A stretch of DNA of 64,000 nt from IMG/VR virus record IMGVR_UViG_3300009705_000015, positions 1,016-65,015 of that record; one strand, 5' to 3'. Below the pieces are notes generated by a model that had not been told where the DNA came from, ran no database searches, and worked only from the letters and a program-made list of their open reading frames with translations. Source of the stretch: a virus. Lineage: Duplodnaviria; Caudoviricetes. Of the stretch, positions 19,255-29,573 are shown piece by piece; the first letter of the stretch is position 1; each line of letters starts with the position of its first letter. The translations under genes and the position numbers were made by a program.

Positions 19255-20169
19255 ATGGGCGACGATGAGGTTGATTTAACAGAACTGTCAGCCCGTGCTG
19301 AATTGCTTGCAGAAGCATCTGGGAGAGATGCCAAAGCGGTTCTCGCCGATTTGCTCGACGACGGTGAGATGAATTGGTCGAATGAAAAACAAGGAGTCTT
19401 GGATAGGGCTAATGAGCAAGCCAAGAAGTTCAAGGCTCTCCTTATGACTCTCATTCCCATCATTGCTCTTGTCATAGGCGGAGGGGGTCTGGAGATGCTT
19501 GGAATCGACTTGATGGGTTCGGATGATATAGACGAAGCAGAACGTCAAGACGAGCCTGTAATCACCATATTCTGGGGCTGTATGGATTCGACCGCCGAGA
19601 ATTACGATTCAATGGCCAATGAGGATGATGGCTCGTGCCAATATCCACCACCACCACCGCCTCCACCAGAACCAATCTATGGTTGCACGGACCCAGCAGC
19701 AAACAATTACAATGAGACAGCAACAGATGATGATGGTTCATGTGAATATGACTCATATCAAAATCCAGATAACGGCACTGAATCTGGCAATGAATCTGGC
19801 AATGAAACCGAACCAGCCTGCAATTTATCAGCACTATTCTATCATAGTGAAATCATCTGGACAGAAGAGGACAACAAAACATTGGCAACGGTTCGATGGG
19901 ATGCCGATTTGAACTGCGACCTGACTCACCATATCGAAGTCGATATAACCATCAAGAATGAATCTGGAGATGTTGTTCGCTCAATTTTCACCGGCTACAA
20001 TACAACATATCAAGACCCAGATTGGAAAACATGGACTTGGGATGGTGCGATAACAAACGAAACCTATTCGTTTTGCCTTAGCATTTGGCTTGAGAAGGAT
20101 GGCGAATGGTTCAATACAGATGAAACCAAACATGAAAATCAAATTGCCAAAGTTCCTGAATCGGAATAA
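19255..20169 (+). CDS. membrane-anchored surface protein with GC(T/M)D..A.NY...A..DDGSC repeats
   Basis: One TM helix, two Cys-bounded repeats, poly-Pro linker, beta-rich C-terminus with N-x-T/S sequons. Confidence 0.75.
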   Translation: MGDDEVDLTELSARAELLAEASGRDAKAVLADLLDDGEMNWSNEKQGVLDRANEQAKKFKALLMTLIPIIALVIGGGGLEMLGIDLMGSDDIDEAERQDEPVITIFWGCMDSTAENYDSMANEDDGSCQYPPPPPPPPEPIYGCTDPAANNYNETATDDDGSCEYDSYQNPDNGTESGNESGNETEPACNLSALFYHSEIIWTEEDNKTLATVRWDADLNCDLTHHIEVDITIKNESGDVVRSIFTGYNTTYQDPDWKTWTWDGAITNETYSFCLSIWLEKDGEWFNTDETKHENQIAKVPESE

Positions 20170-20212
20170 TACACGACTATTGTATTAAACCCCAGCCGAT
20201 TCACCAATGGAT

Positions 20213-20425
20213 ATGGAAATCGAAACCATTCTCTTAATCGCAACCGCCGTAGCAATACCAACAGGGCTTTGGCTCAAAGAGCGATACACACGTTTGATGG
20301 CCGATGGTAAAATCACACTTGATGAAGTCATAGGTGAAATCAAAGCAATCGGAGATAAAGCAGAAGAAGTCAAAGCAGAAGTCGAAGAGATAGTCGAGTC
20401 AGATGGTGAGGCTGTTGTCGAATAA
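20213..20425 (+). CDS. small membrane protein (holin-like)
   Basis: N-terminal TM helix, DGKITLDE, acidic tail. Confidence 0.55.
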   Translation: MEIETILLIATAVAIPTGLWLKERYTRLMADGKITLDEVIGEIKAIGDKAEEVKAEVEEIVESDGEAVVE

Positions 20426-20924
20426 GAAGGGAATGTCCTTCAACGACCGCCTGATGCTTCTGGTGGGAGTTCCTGTCGTGCTGGCATGGATGGGCTTCGC
20501 CTGTCTTGTCATTTGGTATGGTCTGCATTCATCTGCAGTTCTTGTCAACATCAAGGATTATACAACCCTCATAGCCATCATTGGTGGACCCGCTTTGCTC
20601 ATCCTCACATCTATTCTTGAACTGTGGAAAAACGAACAGAATCAAGAGATTGGTTCGATGCCAGAGTATTGGGAACATCAAAACACCGATATTCAAAATC
20701 AGGCCGCACATCTCCGAATGGTCGAAACCAAAAACCAGCAGCACGAGCAGATTCTCGAAGCAGAGCGACAGGCTGTGGCATTGGGTCTTATTGGCCTCGA
20801 TACGGACCCAGCAGCAGAACGTGGAGAAGAGGCTAATTCTCAAACCATCGAAAATCCAACCGTTGACGAATTGGATGCAATCGACGAATTGGAATCGCTT
20901 GACATCGAGAACTTGTCAGAATAA
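20415..20924 (+). CDS. two-TM membrane protein
   Basis: Two hydrophobic segments then a coiled/acidic tail; start uncertain. Confidence 0.6.
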   Translation: MSNKKGMSFNDRLMLLVGVPVVLAWMGFACLVIWYGLHSSAVLVNIKDYTTLIAIIGGPALLILTSILELWKNEQNQEIGSMPEYWEHQNTDIQNQAAHLRMVETKNQQHEQILEAERQAVALGLIGLDTDPAAERGEEANSQTIENPTVDELDAIDELESLDIENLSE

Positions 20925-20939
20925 AATTGAGATGATATT

Positions 20940-21221
20940 ATGCCGAATCCTGAAATCGACAACAACCATTTATTCCAATGGACCCAAGCGATTCACAGGG
21001 ATTTATCCAACCTGCGTGATAATCACTTGGCTCATATTGCTGACGACTTGACGACCCTGAAACATGATGTGGCTCGGCTCAAAATTGATGTTGTTGAACT
21101 GAAAGAGATTAAAATTGATGTGCTTGCTGTGATTCGCAGATATTCGAGGCGAGCGATTCTATTCATACTTGCAGGTGTCGCCGCTGGTTTGGGTGTTCCT
21201 GAATTGGTGGGGTTGTTTTGA
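20940..21221 (+). CDS. coiled-coil plus C-terminal TM protein (holin-like architecture)
   Basis: NHLAHI coiled coil followed by AILFILAGVAAGLG. Confidence 0.55.
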   Translation: MPNPEIDNNHLFQWTQAIHRDLSNLRDNHLAHIADDLTTLKHDVARLKIDVVELKEIKIDVLAVIRRYSRRAILFILAGVAAGLGVPELVGLF

Positions 21222-21354
21222 CCATCACCTCACCAATTAGACCTGATGATTGCCCTCCTGACGTTCACGATTGCCTCAAGAACAAAACACGCCTTGCCGA
21301 TATGTGCATCAAGTGTCTTGTTCACCAAGCATCTCTCTGGGGGCGACCATACTA

Positions 21355-21501
21355 ATGCCTCTCGTCTTGGCCAAGTGTCCGGCCTGTGGCCATGAAAAGT
21401 GGACTCGCTCGAACCGACCTAAGTGTGGTTCAAATCAATGCGGGAGACCGCATGGAAACATGAAAATAGTTCAGACCGATAGCAAGCCCAATTGGGATTG
21501 A
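21355..21501 (+). CDS. small Zn-finger protein
   Basis: CPACGH...CGSNQC. Confidence 0.5.
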   Translation: MPLVLAKCPACGHEKWTRSNRPKCGSNQCGRPHGNMKIVQTDSKPNWD

Positions 21502-21562
21502 TATGTTCATCGAAATAATTTGCCGATTCGCTATGCGCTATCGACAATGGAGATTCAAGAAG

Positions 21563-21812
21563 TGAACCCAACCGCCCCATCCCCCGATATTAGCGGAGGC
21601 GAGCGACGAGACTGCCTTAGACCATCCTCCAATTCCCGCACAGATTGTTTGCTTTGGGTCTCTTATGTGAGGTGGCCGTCATGTTTGGCGACGGTCAGGT
21701 TCTGGCAGAGACGAACACTACAACACCTCGACACTTCGCATCTCCCATCCATCCACGCCTGTTGCTCGGATTTCAGTTCTTGCGCCTGTGGGTTGGTCGG
21801 GTTGTTCGCCTC
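21563..21812 (-). ncRNA. candidate structured ncRNA, about 250 nt
   Basis: Minus-strand class A promoter (21835-21862), no ATG at +30; 5' AACCCGACC pairs with 3' GGTTGGGTT; GAGGCGAAC/GTTCGTCTC; CCGTC/GACGG hairpin. Confidence 0.6.
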
Positions 21813-22046
21813 TATTCTGATGCTGGAGATGATACTATATCAATTGTTCGGTCTATCAATGTTGAATATCACAATAGCAATGTTCTTATACTCGTGGCCT
21901 CACCCATAGATTGTCGGGGAACAGCGACAATTCTCACAAACGGCACTCTCGAGAATCGGGAGGGTGTGGACTGCGTGGACTGAACAAATCAATTCTCACG
22001 TTCTCAATTGCCAATGCAATTAAACCATGAGGCGCAACCACCAATC

Positions 22047-24473
22047 ATGTCCGAGCGAAAGCGCAGCATCCGTGAGCGTGTTTTTGGCCGTCAAAGAACC
22101 GATGCGCCCGACCCTGCTGATGTTCAACGATTCACCGATTTGGTGAATGAAGCGAACCAGCCTGAATCTGGATTGCTTTGGGATGGCAAGGCTTTGGCAT
22201 CAATGTCAAGAATCGGTCAAGCCACCAAGAAGGGGCGAGCAGCAGAAGGCAGCGGAACTGATACGCTGGTGTCATATTCCCTCTTGAGAGATATTTCATT
22301 GAAGTCAGAAGTCGTCAATGCTATCCTCCGCAGAACTGTCGATGATTGTCTGGGGAATGGATATGAGTTCATCCTCCCCGTTGGCGAAGAGACCGGAGAT
22401 GCTGACCAATTGAAGAAGGCACGAGAATGGTTCAAGAATCCTAATCCTGACGATAATGGCAACGAATGGTTGGAATCCCTCATCTATGATTTGGCTTTGT
22501 TCGGAGATGCCTATCTGGAACTCGATGGGTCCGAAGACAAGAACACGGGTGGCAAAGGTGTCAAGTGGACATATGGAGGCGACCTCGTGAGCGTATGGCC
22601 TATCCCATCTGAACAAATGACTCTCCTTGCTGGCAATCGACGACCAGCCCCACCAAGAATGGCATATGAGCAAAAACTGAATGGCGAGACTCGTCAATTC
22701 TCATCTGACAAAGTGCTTCACATATCGAAGTTCAAACACGACCGAGCGTATGGAACATCTCCGCTTATCTCTTTATTGAACGTAATTTCAGGACACATGA
22801 ATCTGTCAAATTATCTCAACGAACTCTATACAGGAACTCTCCCCAAGACCATCCTGAATGTTGGCGATATATCCAACGGCGAGATGAAAGCAATGCTCGC
22901 TCTCCTTGAACAACAATTGACCGGAGGCAAATCGCCATTCGGTCTGGTCGCCGTCAATGGTGGAACGGGATTCAATATGCACCGAGTTCTCGATTCAACC
23001 CGTGAAGGGGCGCAATTGGATTTGCTCTATTACTATCGTGAAGAGATATGTGCTGTGTTTGGAATCCCACCGATGAAATTGGGCTGGGTTCAGACAGGCA
23101 AAATGTCGAATCCCGAACAGCAATTGGATGCGTGGTATGATGTGATTGAATCATTCCATCGTCGAATTGAAGCCGTCATTAACAATCGACTTCTCCCCTT
23201 GCTGGGAATCACCGATTGGCAATTCGATTTCATCACAGTTCGCCCAAGCCGTGAGAAGGAACTTGCTGAAACCCGCAAGGCCGAATCATTGGCAATCAGC
23301 CATTTGCGACAGGAGAGCATAGTCAGCATCAATGAAGGCCGTATGATGCTCGGTCTTGAACGTCTAAGCGAGCCAGAAGCCGACGACCCATTCTTTTTAT
23401 CTCCAAAGTTATCCATTAACATGGGTGCGGAGGATTCTGCGGAGGAAAATCCAACAACACCTCCATCTCTTGAAGAATTATTCCCTCCCGATTCAACACC
23501 AGATGGTGAAGGAAAATATGCTGGCGAGCATCCAGCAATGACCGATATCCATCCAGCACCAGAACTATCAAATGATATTCGGCTCGATATGGGTTCTCGA
23601 AGAGTCAAAGCATCTGGCGAATATGAATCGCTCATCAGCAATTCCCAGACTTTGCTCGATGCAACATTTGAAGACAATCAACAAACATTCGCAACCGATG
23701 TTCTCGCCAGCCTGAATGATTTGTTCGCAGCAGGAGATGAAGCGGTTGAGATTCCCGATATTGAAATCGACATACCTGTGAAGTCATATCGTCGCAAGGC
23801 AAAAATCAATCTCGACGACATCGAAGTCGCATTTGGCCGTATTGATGCCAATATCGCAACAACGCTGGAAAAGCAAATTGTCGAGGCTGAACTCTTGCTG
23901 ACTACAACGTATGGAGAATCTCTGGGATTGACTCTTGCACCGACCGGAATGGCGAGCGCATTGATGGCCGACGACATTGCTGCTATTGCATTCTGGCGAA
24001 GGAGATGGGTCATACCAGCCCTTCGCCGAACTCTTGGCTCACATAGGGCTAATATCACCACCGTCTTTGAACAGATGGTTGGAGAAGGCCAATCGTGGAA
24101 ATGGGCTTCTGGCCGAATGAAAGAACTCATTGACCCATCTGGTTCAAAATATCCAAAATACTTTTACAATCGAATCGCTCGAACCGAGACTCGTCGAGTC
24201 GTTGAGAACTCCCACATTTCAGGATTGCGCCGAGCCGGATTCAAATATGTTGAGCGACTCGTTGAAATCGACACCCAAACCGACAAGGATTTATGTGCGC
24301 CGTATGAAGGTGCTGTGTATAAAATCGAAGACTCGAACTCCGTGATTCCAGCCCATCCAAATTGCCGTTGCACGTTCGTTGCACGAGATGGAGAACCTGC
24401 TTCGACCGTGCCAGCATCAGATGTGTTGGTTCCAGCAATTGAAACCCTCCCAGAGCGTGAAGGTGGCAATTGA
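22047..24473 (+). CDS. portal protein fused to a MuF/SPP1 gp7-like head morphogenesis domain
   Basis: L.LFGDAY, YGTSP, ICAVFGIPP and SINEGR..LGL portal motifs; RIARTE and PAHPNCRC MuF motifs. Confidence 0.9.
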   Translation: MSERKRSIRERVFGRQRTDAPDPADVQRFTDLVNEANQPESGLLWDGKALASMSRIGQATKKGRAAEGSGTDTLVSYSLLRDISLKSEVVNAILRRTVDDCLGNGYEFILPVGEETGDADQLKKAREWFKNPNPDDNGNEWLESLIYDLALFGDAYLELDGSEDKNTGGKGVKWTYGGDLVSVWPIPSEQMTLLAGNRRPAPPRMAYEQKLNGETRQFSSDKVLHISKFKHDRAYGTSPLISLLNVISGHMNLSNYLNELYTGTLPKTILNVGDISNGEMKAMLALLEQQLTGGKSPFGLVAVNGGTGFNMHRVLDSTREGAQLDLLYYYREEICAVFGIPPMKLGWVQTGKMSNPEQQLDAWYDVIESFHRRIEAVINNRLLPLLGITDWQFDFITVRPSREKELAETRKAESLAISHLRQESIVSINEGRMMLGLERLSEPEADDPFFLSPKLSINMGAEDSAEENPTTPPSLEELFPPDSTPDGEGKYAGEHPAMTDIHPAPELSNDIRLDMGSRRVKASGEYESLISNSQTLLDATFEDNQQTFATDVLASLNDLFAAGDEAVEIPDIEIDIPVKSYRRKAKINLDDIEVAFGRIDANIATTLEKQIVEAELLLTTTYGESLGLTLAPTGMASALMADDIAAIAFWRRRWVIPALRRTLGSHRANITTVFEQMVGEGQSWKWASGRMKELIDPSGSKYPKYFYNRIARTETRRVVENSHISGLRRAGFKYVERLVEIDTQTDKDLCAPYEGAVYKIEDSNSVIPAHPNCRCTFVARDGEPASTVPASDVLVPAIETLPEREGGN

Positions 24474-24877
24474 TGAGCAAGAGCAAGGCAATGAATCTGG
24501 CGAGGATGCTCAAGGCGAGAACCGCCATTGCTCTCGGCTCTATGTCGATTACAGGAACAACCATGCCGAGCGCACTTGACAAGGTGGCTCATTTGATTCT
24601 TGGAGAAGCCAAAAAGTTAGCACCTGTCGAGACGGGTGCATTGAGAGCATCCGGTCGGGTTGTTCGTGTTAATCAATATCAACGCATCGTGCAATTCGGT
24701 GGGTCCGGTTCTGGTGTGAACTACGCACAGGCTGTGGAGTTCGGAACCATGAGGCAACGACCTCAACCATTCTTATATCCAGCCGTGATGAAGAACAAGA
24801 AGGCAATCAAAGGTCTCATCATCAACGATGTGAACAAGTCATTGAGCCGTGTGGCCAGAATGGGGTCAAGCAAATGA
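24473..24877 (+). CDS. HK97 gp10-like neck/tail completion protein
   Basis: APVETGALRAS, YA..VEFGT..RPQPFLYPA. Confidence 0.85.
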   Translation: MSKSKAMNLARMLKARTAIALGSMSITGTTMPSALDKVAHLILGEAKKLAPVETGALRASGRVVRVNQYQRIVQFGGSGSGVNYAQAVEFGTMRQRPQPFLYPAVMKNKKAIKGLIINDVNKSLSRVARMGSSK

Positions 24878-24937
24878 CGAGCATTGCTGGCCGTGATGCT
24901 GACCACCGCTGGTGCAGACAATCCAAAGTGTGGATTC

Positions 24938-25171
24938 TCAAGCGACTATCGAATCAGAGCCGCAAGAAGCCGCCATTGAATAAGACCCAAAGGGCATGAA
25001 GTATTCGCTGTCGTCAAAATGACTTTGCTTGATTACTCGGCGACACATAACGCCGTCGATTGTTGTCCAGATTGAACCAGCGGTTCGGCGTTCAACGGTG
25101 AAATACCAATGGCATTCTGAATCGCAAACGGAGGTTGCTCGGTATGTTTGGCCTGCTGTGAATTGGGTCAT
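24938..25171 (-). CDS. small hypothetical protein (class A cassette)
   Basis: MTQFTAGQTY...; minus-strand promoter at 25193-25222. Confidence 0.65.
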   Translation of the reverse strand: MTQFTAGQTYRATSVCDSECHWYFTVERRTAGSIWTTIDGVMCRRVIKQSHFDDSEYFMPFGSYSMAASCGSDSIVA

Positions 25172-25249
25172 ATCTAATGCTACACCTCCGAGTATATCAA
25201 TGCTTTGGCAATCACAATGTTTAAGTATCTCATTGCTTTGGGATAGGGG

Positions 25250-25750
25250 ATGAACATATTCATACTTGACACTGACCCACGCCAAGCCGCTGAAAACCTC
25301 GCTGACGTTCATACAATCAAAATGGCGCTGGAGTCAGCCCAAATCCTGACGACCTGTTTGTATCTGGTGGGGGTTGATGAATCGGAGATGCCTTTGACTA
25401 AATCTGGAACTCCATACAAGCCAACCCACCGGAATCACCCCTGCACCATCTGGGCGCAATCGACTCGAAGCAATTTCATCTGGCTGGCGCAACACGGCTG
25501 GTGGATATGCCAAGAATACTCCAACCGATATGGAAAAGTTCACGCTTGTCAATTGCCAATCGAACAGTTAATTTCAATGGCTCATCATATTCCAGACGGT
25601 GAACTGACACCGTTTGTTCAAGCAATGCCAGACGAGTTCAAGCACGAAAGTGCGGTTGTTGCATATCGCCGATACTACATCGAGGGCAAATCTAAAATCG
25701 TCAAATGGGCGAATGGCCGACCAGCACCGGCATGGTTCTCAAGACATTGA
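25250..25750 (+). CDS. pyrimidine-dimer DNA glycosylase / endonuclease V-like protein
   Basis: MNIFILD..P, KMALESAQIL, YKPTHRNHPCTIW, QAMPD, AYRRYY. Confidence 0.85.
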   Translation: MNIFILDTDPRQAAENLADVHTIKMALESAQILTTCLYLVGVDESEMPLTKSGTPYKPTHRNHPCTIWAQSTRSNFIWLAQHGWWICQEYSNRYGKVHACQLPIEQLISMAHHIPDGELTPFVQAMPDEFKHESAVVAYRRYYIEGKSKIVKWANGRPAPAWFSRH

Positions 25751-25791
25751 TACGCCAAAGGATTGATAAGGGGCAACCCACAGGGGTGTAT

Positions 25792-26091
25792 ATGACCCAC
25801 GAAGCATTCGAGATGCAAACGCCATGCCAAACCCCAACACCTGTCTTTGATTCGGTCGATTGGGCGTTCCAGAACAACAGCCTCCAAGTCGGATGGTTGC
25901 CAAAAGACCATCCAGAGTTCGTCAGATATGAACAAGCACATTGGAATGTTGTAGCATGGTCGCCAGATTGGGTTCAGTATACCATCCCCGTAGTCAGCCA
26001 AGAGTTCGCTACTGCACTTCTTAATGAGTTCCACGCAATGAATTGGAACTCAATGCTGATAACTTATGATGTTGGATTGTTCAACCGTTGA
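25792..26091 (+). CDS. hypothetical protein (class A cassette)
   Basis: cattgatacgccaaaggattgataagggg then ATG at +29. Confidence 0.65.
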   Translation: MTHEAFEMQTPCQTPTPVFDSVDWAFQNNSLQVGWLPKDHPEFVRYEQAHWNVVAWSPDWVQYTIPVVSQEFATALLNEFHAMNWNSMLITYDVGLFNR

Positions 26092-26144
26092 ATCCACCAG
26101 ACCAAACAGAAGGGTGATAACCCCCCTCGCTCAACCATTGAGGC

Positions 26145-27713
26145 ATGAGTCAACCTATTCGTGCTGTGGTGCTTGATATTGACGACTACAAGGCTCGTGG
26201 TGGCAATAGCCGTCAGGTGTCTATGAAAATGAACTTTGAGATTCCATTCGAGATTGACACATCGAACAAGGCCGTTGATGGATATACTCCTGACCCAGAT
26301 GATGTGATAGTGCGTGGACCCGTGTATGTTGGCAATGCCGATATGCTTGACCGCCACAGTGAACTCGTCGCCCCAGAAGCAATTCTAAACGCTTGGGGGA
26401 ACTACTCAAAGAATCCTGTAATACTATACAACCACAGCAAGGATGCTGGGGTCATTGGGCGAATGCTCGATGTTGAGATGGGTATGTGGGATGGTATCGA
26501 AGGCGAAGTTCCAATCGGGCGAGCCTTGATTGATGGTGGCGAGAAGGCCATCGTCAGGAAAATACGCAAGGGAATGCTTCGTGCGTTCTCTATTGGATTC
26601 ATTGCCAAAGCCGCTATCAAAGAATGTGCTGACGAGGATTCATGTTATCTGACCTTCACCGATATTGATTGGCTTGAGACCAGCGTGGTTGATGTTCCAG
26701 CCTCACCCAACGCACTATTCCAAGTCGAGAAGCACATAATTGGATATGAAGACTTAGGAGATTCATTCGCAATAGTATTCGAGAAGGAGTATTCCGATGA
26801 TGAGGATATTGCTGACGAGGATGATGATGATGATATGGTTGTCGAAGAATCGGTTGGTTGCGGAGGTTGCGGAACGTGCAATTGCGGTTCAAAGGTTATC
26901 GAGGCCGATACCGAACAGGATTTGGCAATCGACGAATCGACAACAATCTCGGAATTGAAAGACTTAATTTCAAGCCTAAACGATAGACTCGATGCGATTT
27001 CACCTATCTCTGAACCTCAATCCTCCAAAAGTGAATGCACCGAATCGCTTAATACCCCAATAGATGAAGACATAGGATATACAGCGAAGGCGAACACTAT
27101 GACTGACGAAACAATCATCGAAACCGCAGAACAAGAATCTCTTGTTGTTGTTGAAGACTCTATTACTACACCTGAACTCGAAATCAAAACTGTTGAAGAA
27201 TCAACAGAAGAGGTTGTAGTTAAGGCAACAGAAGAAGCAACAGAAGAAGCAGAAGAACTCCCAGCAGAAGAACTCCCAGCAGAAGTCGTTGAAGAGGTTG
27301 CAGAAGCAACAGAAGAGGAATCTGCACCATCTGACCCAACAACCACAGCAATACTTATTGAAGTCGTGAAGGCATTAACAGGTGTCGAGGCTCGTTTGTC
27401 AACAATCGAATCTCACGTTGCTGTTGATGATGAAATCAATTCCCTCAAGGCTCAATTAGAAGCCCTGAAAACCGAGAAGGATGCTGCAATCGCAGAAGCC
27501 GCACTTGAAGCAGAAGTCTCCAAGCGAGTCGCAGCACTTGTTGGAGAAGTTCCTGCTGCTGAATTATCAGCAAACCCAAAATCCATTGGCGGGGCAACAG
27601 TTCCTAAAGTGAACAAGTCCATCACACGCCACGACCCACAGCCTGTAGTATCACATGGCATGAACGGTCTTGCATCATGGTTGGAAAACCAAATCTCAAG
27701 CAGAGGTGCTTGA
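26145..27713 (+). CDS. HK97-type prohead protease with acidic scaffold C-terminus
   Basis: NPVILYNH, IG, AFSIGF, ETSVVDVPASPNA; Glu-rich coiled C-terminal half. Confidence 0.9.
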   Translation: MSQPIRAVVLDIDDYKARGGNSRQVSMKMNFEIPFEIDTSNKAVDGYTPDPDDVIVRGPVYVGNADMLDRHSELVAPEAILNAWGNYSKNPVILYNHSKDAGVIGRMLDVEMGMWDGIEGEVPIGRALIDGGEKAIVRKIRKGMLRAFSIGFIAKAAIKECADEDSCYLTFTDIDWLETSVVDVPASPNALFQVEKHIIGYEDLGDSFAIVFEKEYSDDEDIADEDDDDDMVVEESVGCGGCGTCNCGSKVIEADTEQDLAIDESTTISELKDLISSLNDRLDAISPISEPQSSKSECTESLNTPIDEDIGYTAKANTMTDETIIETAEQESLVVVEDSITTPELEIKTVEESTEEVVVKATEEATEEAEELPAEELPAEVVEEVAEATEEESAPSDPTTTAILIEVVKALTGVEARLSTIESHVAVDDEINSLKAQLEALKTEKDAAIAEAALEAEVSKRVAALVGEVPAAELSANPKSIGGATVPKVNKSITRHDPQPVVSHGMNGLASWLENQISSRGA

Positions 27714-27747
27714 ATCACAGTCCAAAGGGCAATAAATAAAAACGGAG

Positions 27748-28815
27748 ATGAATGATATGACAACTGAAATTAACTTTACTGATATGGTCAGCCGTGTGAA
27801 AGACGCACTTGCTGGCGATTCCGCCTCGAATGGTGCAACCTTTTTTCCAACTGAAACCGCTGATGAGATTATTCAGATAGTGTATGAACGTAATTTCATG
27901 CGCTCTCTATTCCCATCTATGCCAATGTCAACCAGAACTGTTAAGGTTCCAAAATTGAATGGCAGCGTTGGATTCCACCGCCAGACTCTTGCTCAAACAA
28001 AAGCCGGAACTGCATCTGATGAATCAACCCAGACTTCAACAGAAGTCGATTTGACTTTGAAGACCATGATTGCCAACATTCCAATCGGGAACTATTTGAT
28101 TGCATACGGTGTCGAAGGTTTGTTATCCGTTCTCCGTGATGATATCGCTTCTCGCCTTGCATACAATGAAGAATCCCTATTGATTAACGGTGATACTGAA
28201 CTCACACTTGCTGACAACATCAACGGTGTCTATGCTTTGCCAAACAACGCACATGGTATCAACATCACAGCAGGAACAGAACAGAATGATTACCTTCTGA
28301 ACTTCAATGGTCTTCGCAAATTGGCTGGTGCAACATCTGTATCGGTTAGTGGAACATTCGCTTTGAGCCACCTTCGCTCTGCAATCAACAATCTCGGTGT
28401 CTATGCTGACAATCGTGCTGAACTCTCTTTGATTGTTCCTCGAAACCTTGAAGTTCAATTGCTTGGAATGACCGAACTTCAAACTGTCGATAAGTATGGT
28501 GCTGGCGCAACAATTCTCTCTGGAGAACTTGGCCGCATTTACGGAATCCGTGTGTTCGCAACAGGAGTTATCCCAACCAACCTAAATTGGCTTGGCAAGT
28601 TCGACAACACAGTTCTCACCAAGACCGTTGCTCTATTACTGAACAACCGTTCTCCACTGATTGGAAATCCAACTGACCCTGACCGCAGATTCAGCATGGG
28701 ATTCCTTGATGAGCCGACCAAAGACCGATTCGTCTTAATCCCTCGTCAAGACCTTGCATTCAATGTCCGTTATTCAGAGGCCGTGTGCCTAATGACAGGC
28801 ATAGCAACAGTCTGA
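27748..28815 (+). CDS. major capsid protein (HK97 fold)
   Basis: Follows the protease; EESLLINGD, FNGLRK, GRIYGIRV patterns. Confidence 0.9.
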   Translation: MNDMTTEINFTDMVSRVKDALAGDSASNGATFFPTETADEIIQIVYERNFMRSLFPSMPMSTRTVKVPKLNGSVGFHRQTLAQTKAGTASDESTQTSTEVDLTLKTMIANIPIGNYLIAYGVEGLLSVLRDDIASRLAYNEESLLINGDTELTLADNINGVYALPNNAHGINITAGTEQNDYLLNFNGLRKLAGATSVSVSGTFALSHLRSAINNLGVYADNRAELSLIVPRNLEVQLLGMTELQTVDKYGAGATILSGELGRIYGIRVFATGVIPTNLNWLGKFDNTVLTKTVALLLNNRSPLIGNPTDPDRRFSMGFLDEPTKDRFVLIPRQDLAFNVRYSEAVCLMTGIATV

Positions 28816-28824
28816 TTCTGATTA

Positions 28825-28881
28825 GAGTCGCCTATCCAACATGGGTATAGCGTGAGCCATCCCCAAAATGGGATGCGACTC
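28825..28881 (+). terminator. structured 3' element after the capsid gene (three-way junction)
   Basis: GAGTCGC/GCGACTC outer stem with two inner hairpins (one is CATCCC/GGGATG). Confidence 0.5.
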
Positions 28882-28913
28882 CGTGATAAACCATGAAGGA
28901 TAAGGGATAGATA

Positions 28914-29573
28914 ATGACAGCAATCGACTACTGCACACTTGCCGATGTCGAAGCGTATGCTGGCGTTGACTTCTCTGATGGAATCGGACCCACCGATGCT
29001 CAAATCCTATTGATGATTGGAAACGCATCCCGATTGATGGATGCTTATGCTGGCAAACAATTCGCTGGCGCTGAACAACATGAAGAATGGTTCGACACAG
29101 GTTTTGGTTCCTCCAATTTCACGTTGTCAGAACGACCCGTCATAAGTATCACTTCATTCCATATTGTCAGTTCGTCAGGTGTTGAAACCCTCTTGAGCAA
29201 AGGCCGAGTCGGGAACACCAACGACTATTATTTGGCAGACCCAGAAGCGGGTCTCATCCGTATGTTTTACGCATTCCAATACAACGCTCAATCTCGATTG
29301 AAAGCAGTATATCAGGCTGGTGCAACCACACCTCCAGCCGATGTCAAAATGGCCACCATTCTTCATGTTGTCAGGTCGTGCGCTCGTGCGGCCATGAATG
29401 ACGAAAACTGTATGGAGAGAGTCAAGGAGTTCTGGATTGGACTTCTCAAAGACAGCAATAGTGAGTATCGTGATTTGCTTGAGATGGTGAAATCACATCA
29501 CCTCATCGGAGTCGCATCGTGGGGTCAAAATAACGCACCCCAGAATTATTCTGGAATCGGTCGGGGCTGGTGA
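28914..29573 (+). CDS. head-tail connector (gp6-like)
   Basis: YCTLADV start, AS..MD.Y, Y.AG...PADVK.A. Confidence 0.8.
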   Translation: MTAIDYCTLADVEAYAGVDFSDGIGPTDAQILLMIGNASRLMDAYAGKQFAGAEQHEEWFDTGFGSSNFTLSERPVISITSFHIVSSSGVETLLSKGRVGNTNDYYLADPEAGLIRMFYAFQYNAQSRLKAVYQAGATTPPADVKMATILHVVRSCARAAMNDENCMERVKEFWIGLLKDSNSEYRDLLEMVKSHHLIGVASWGQNNAPQNYSGIGRGW

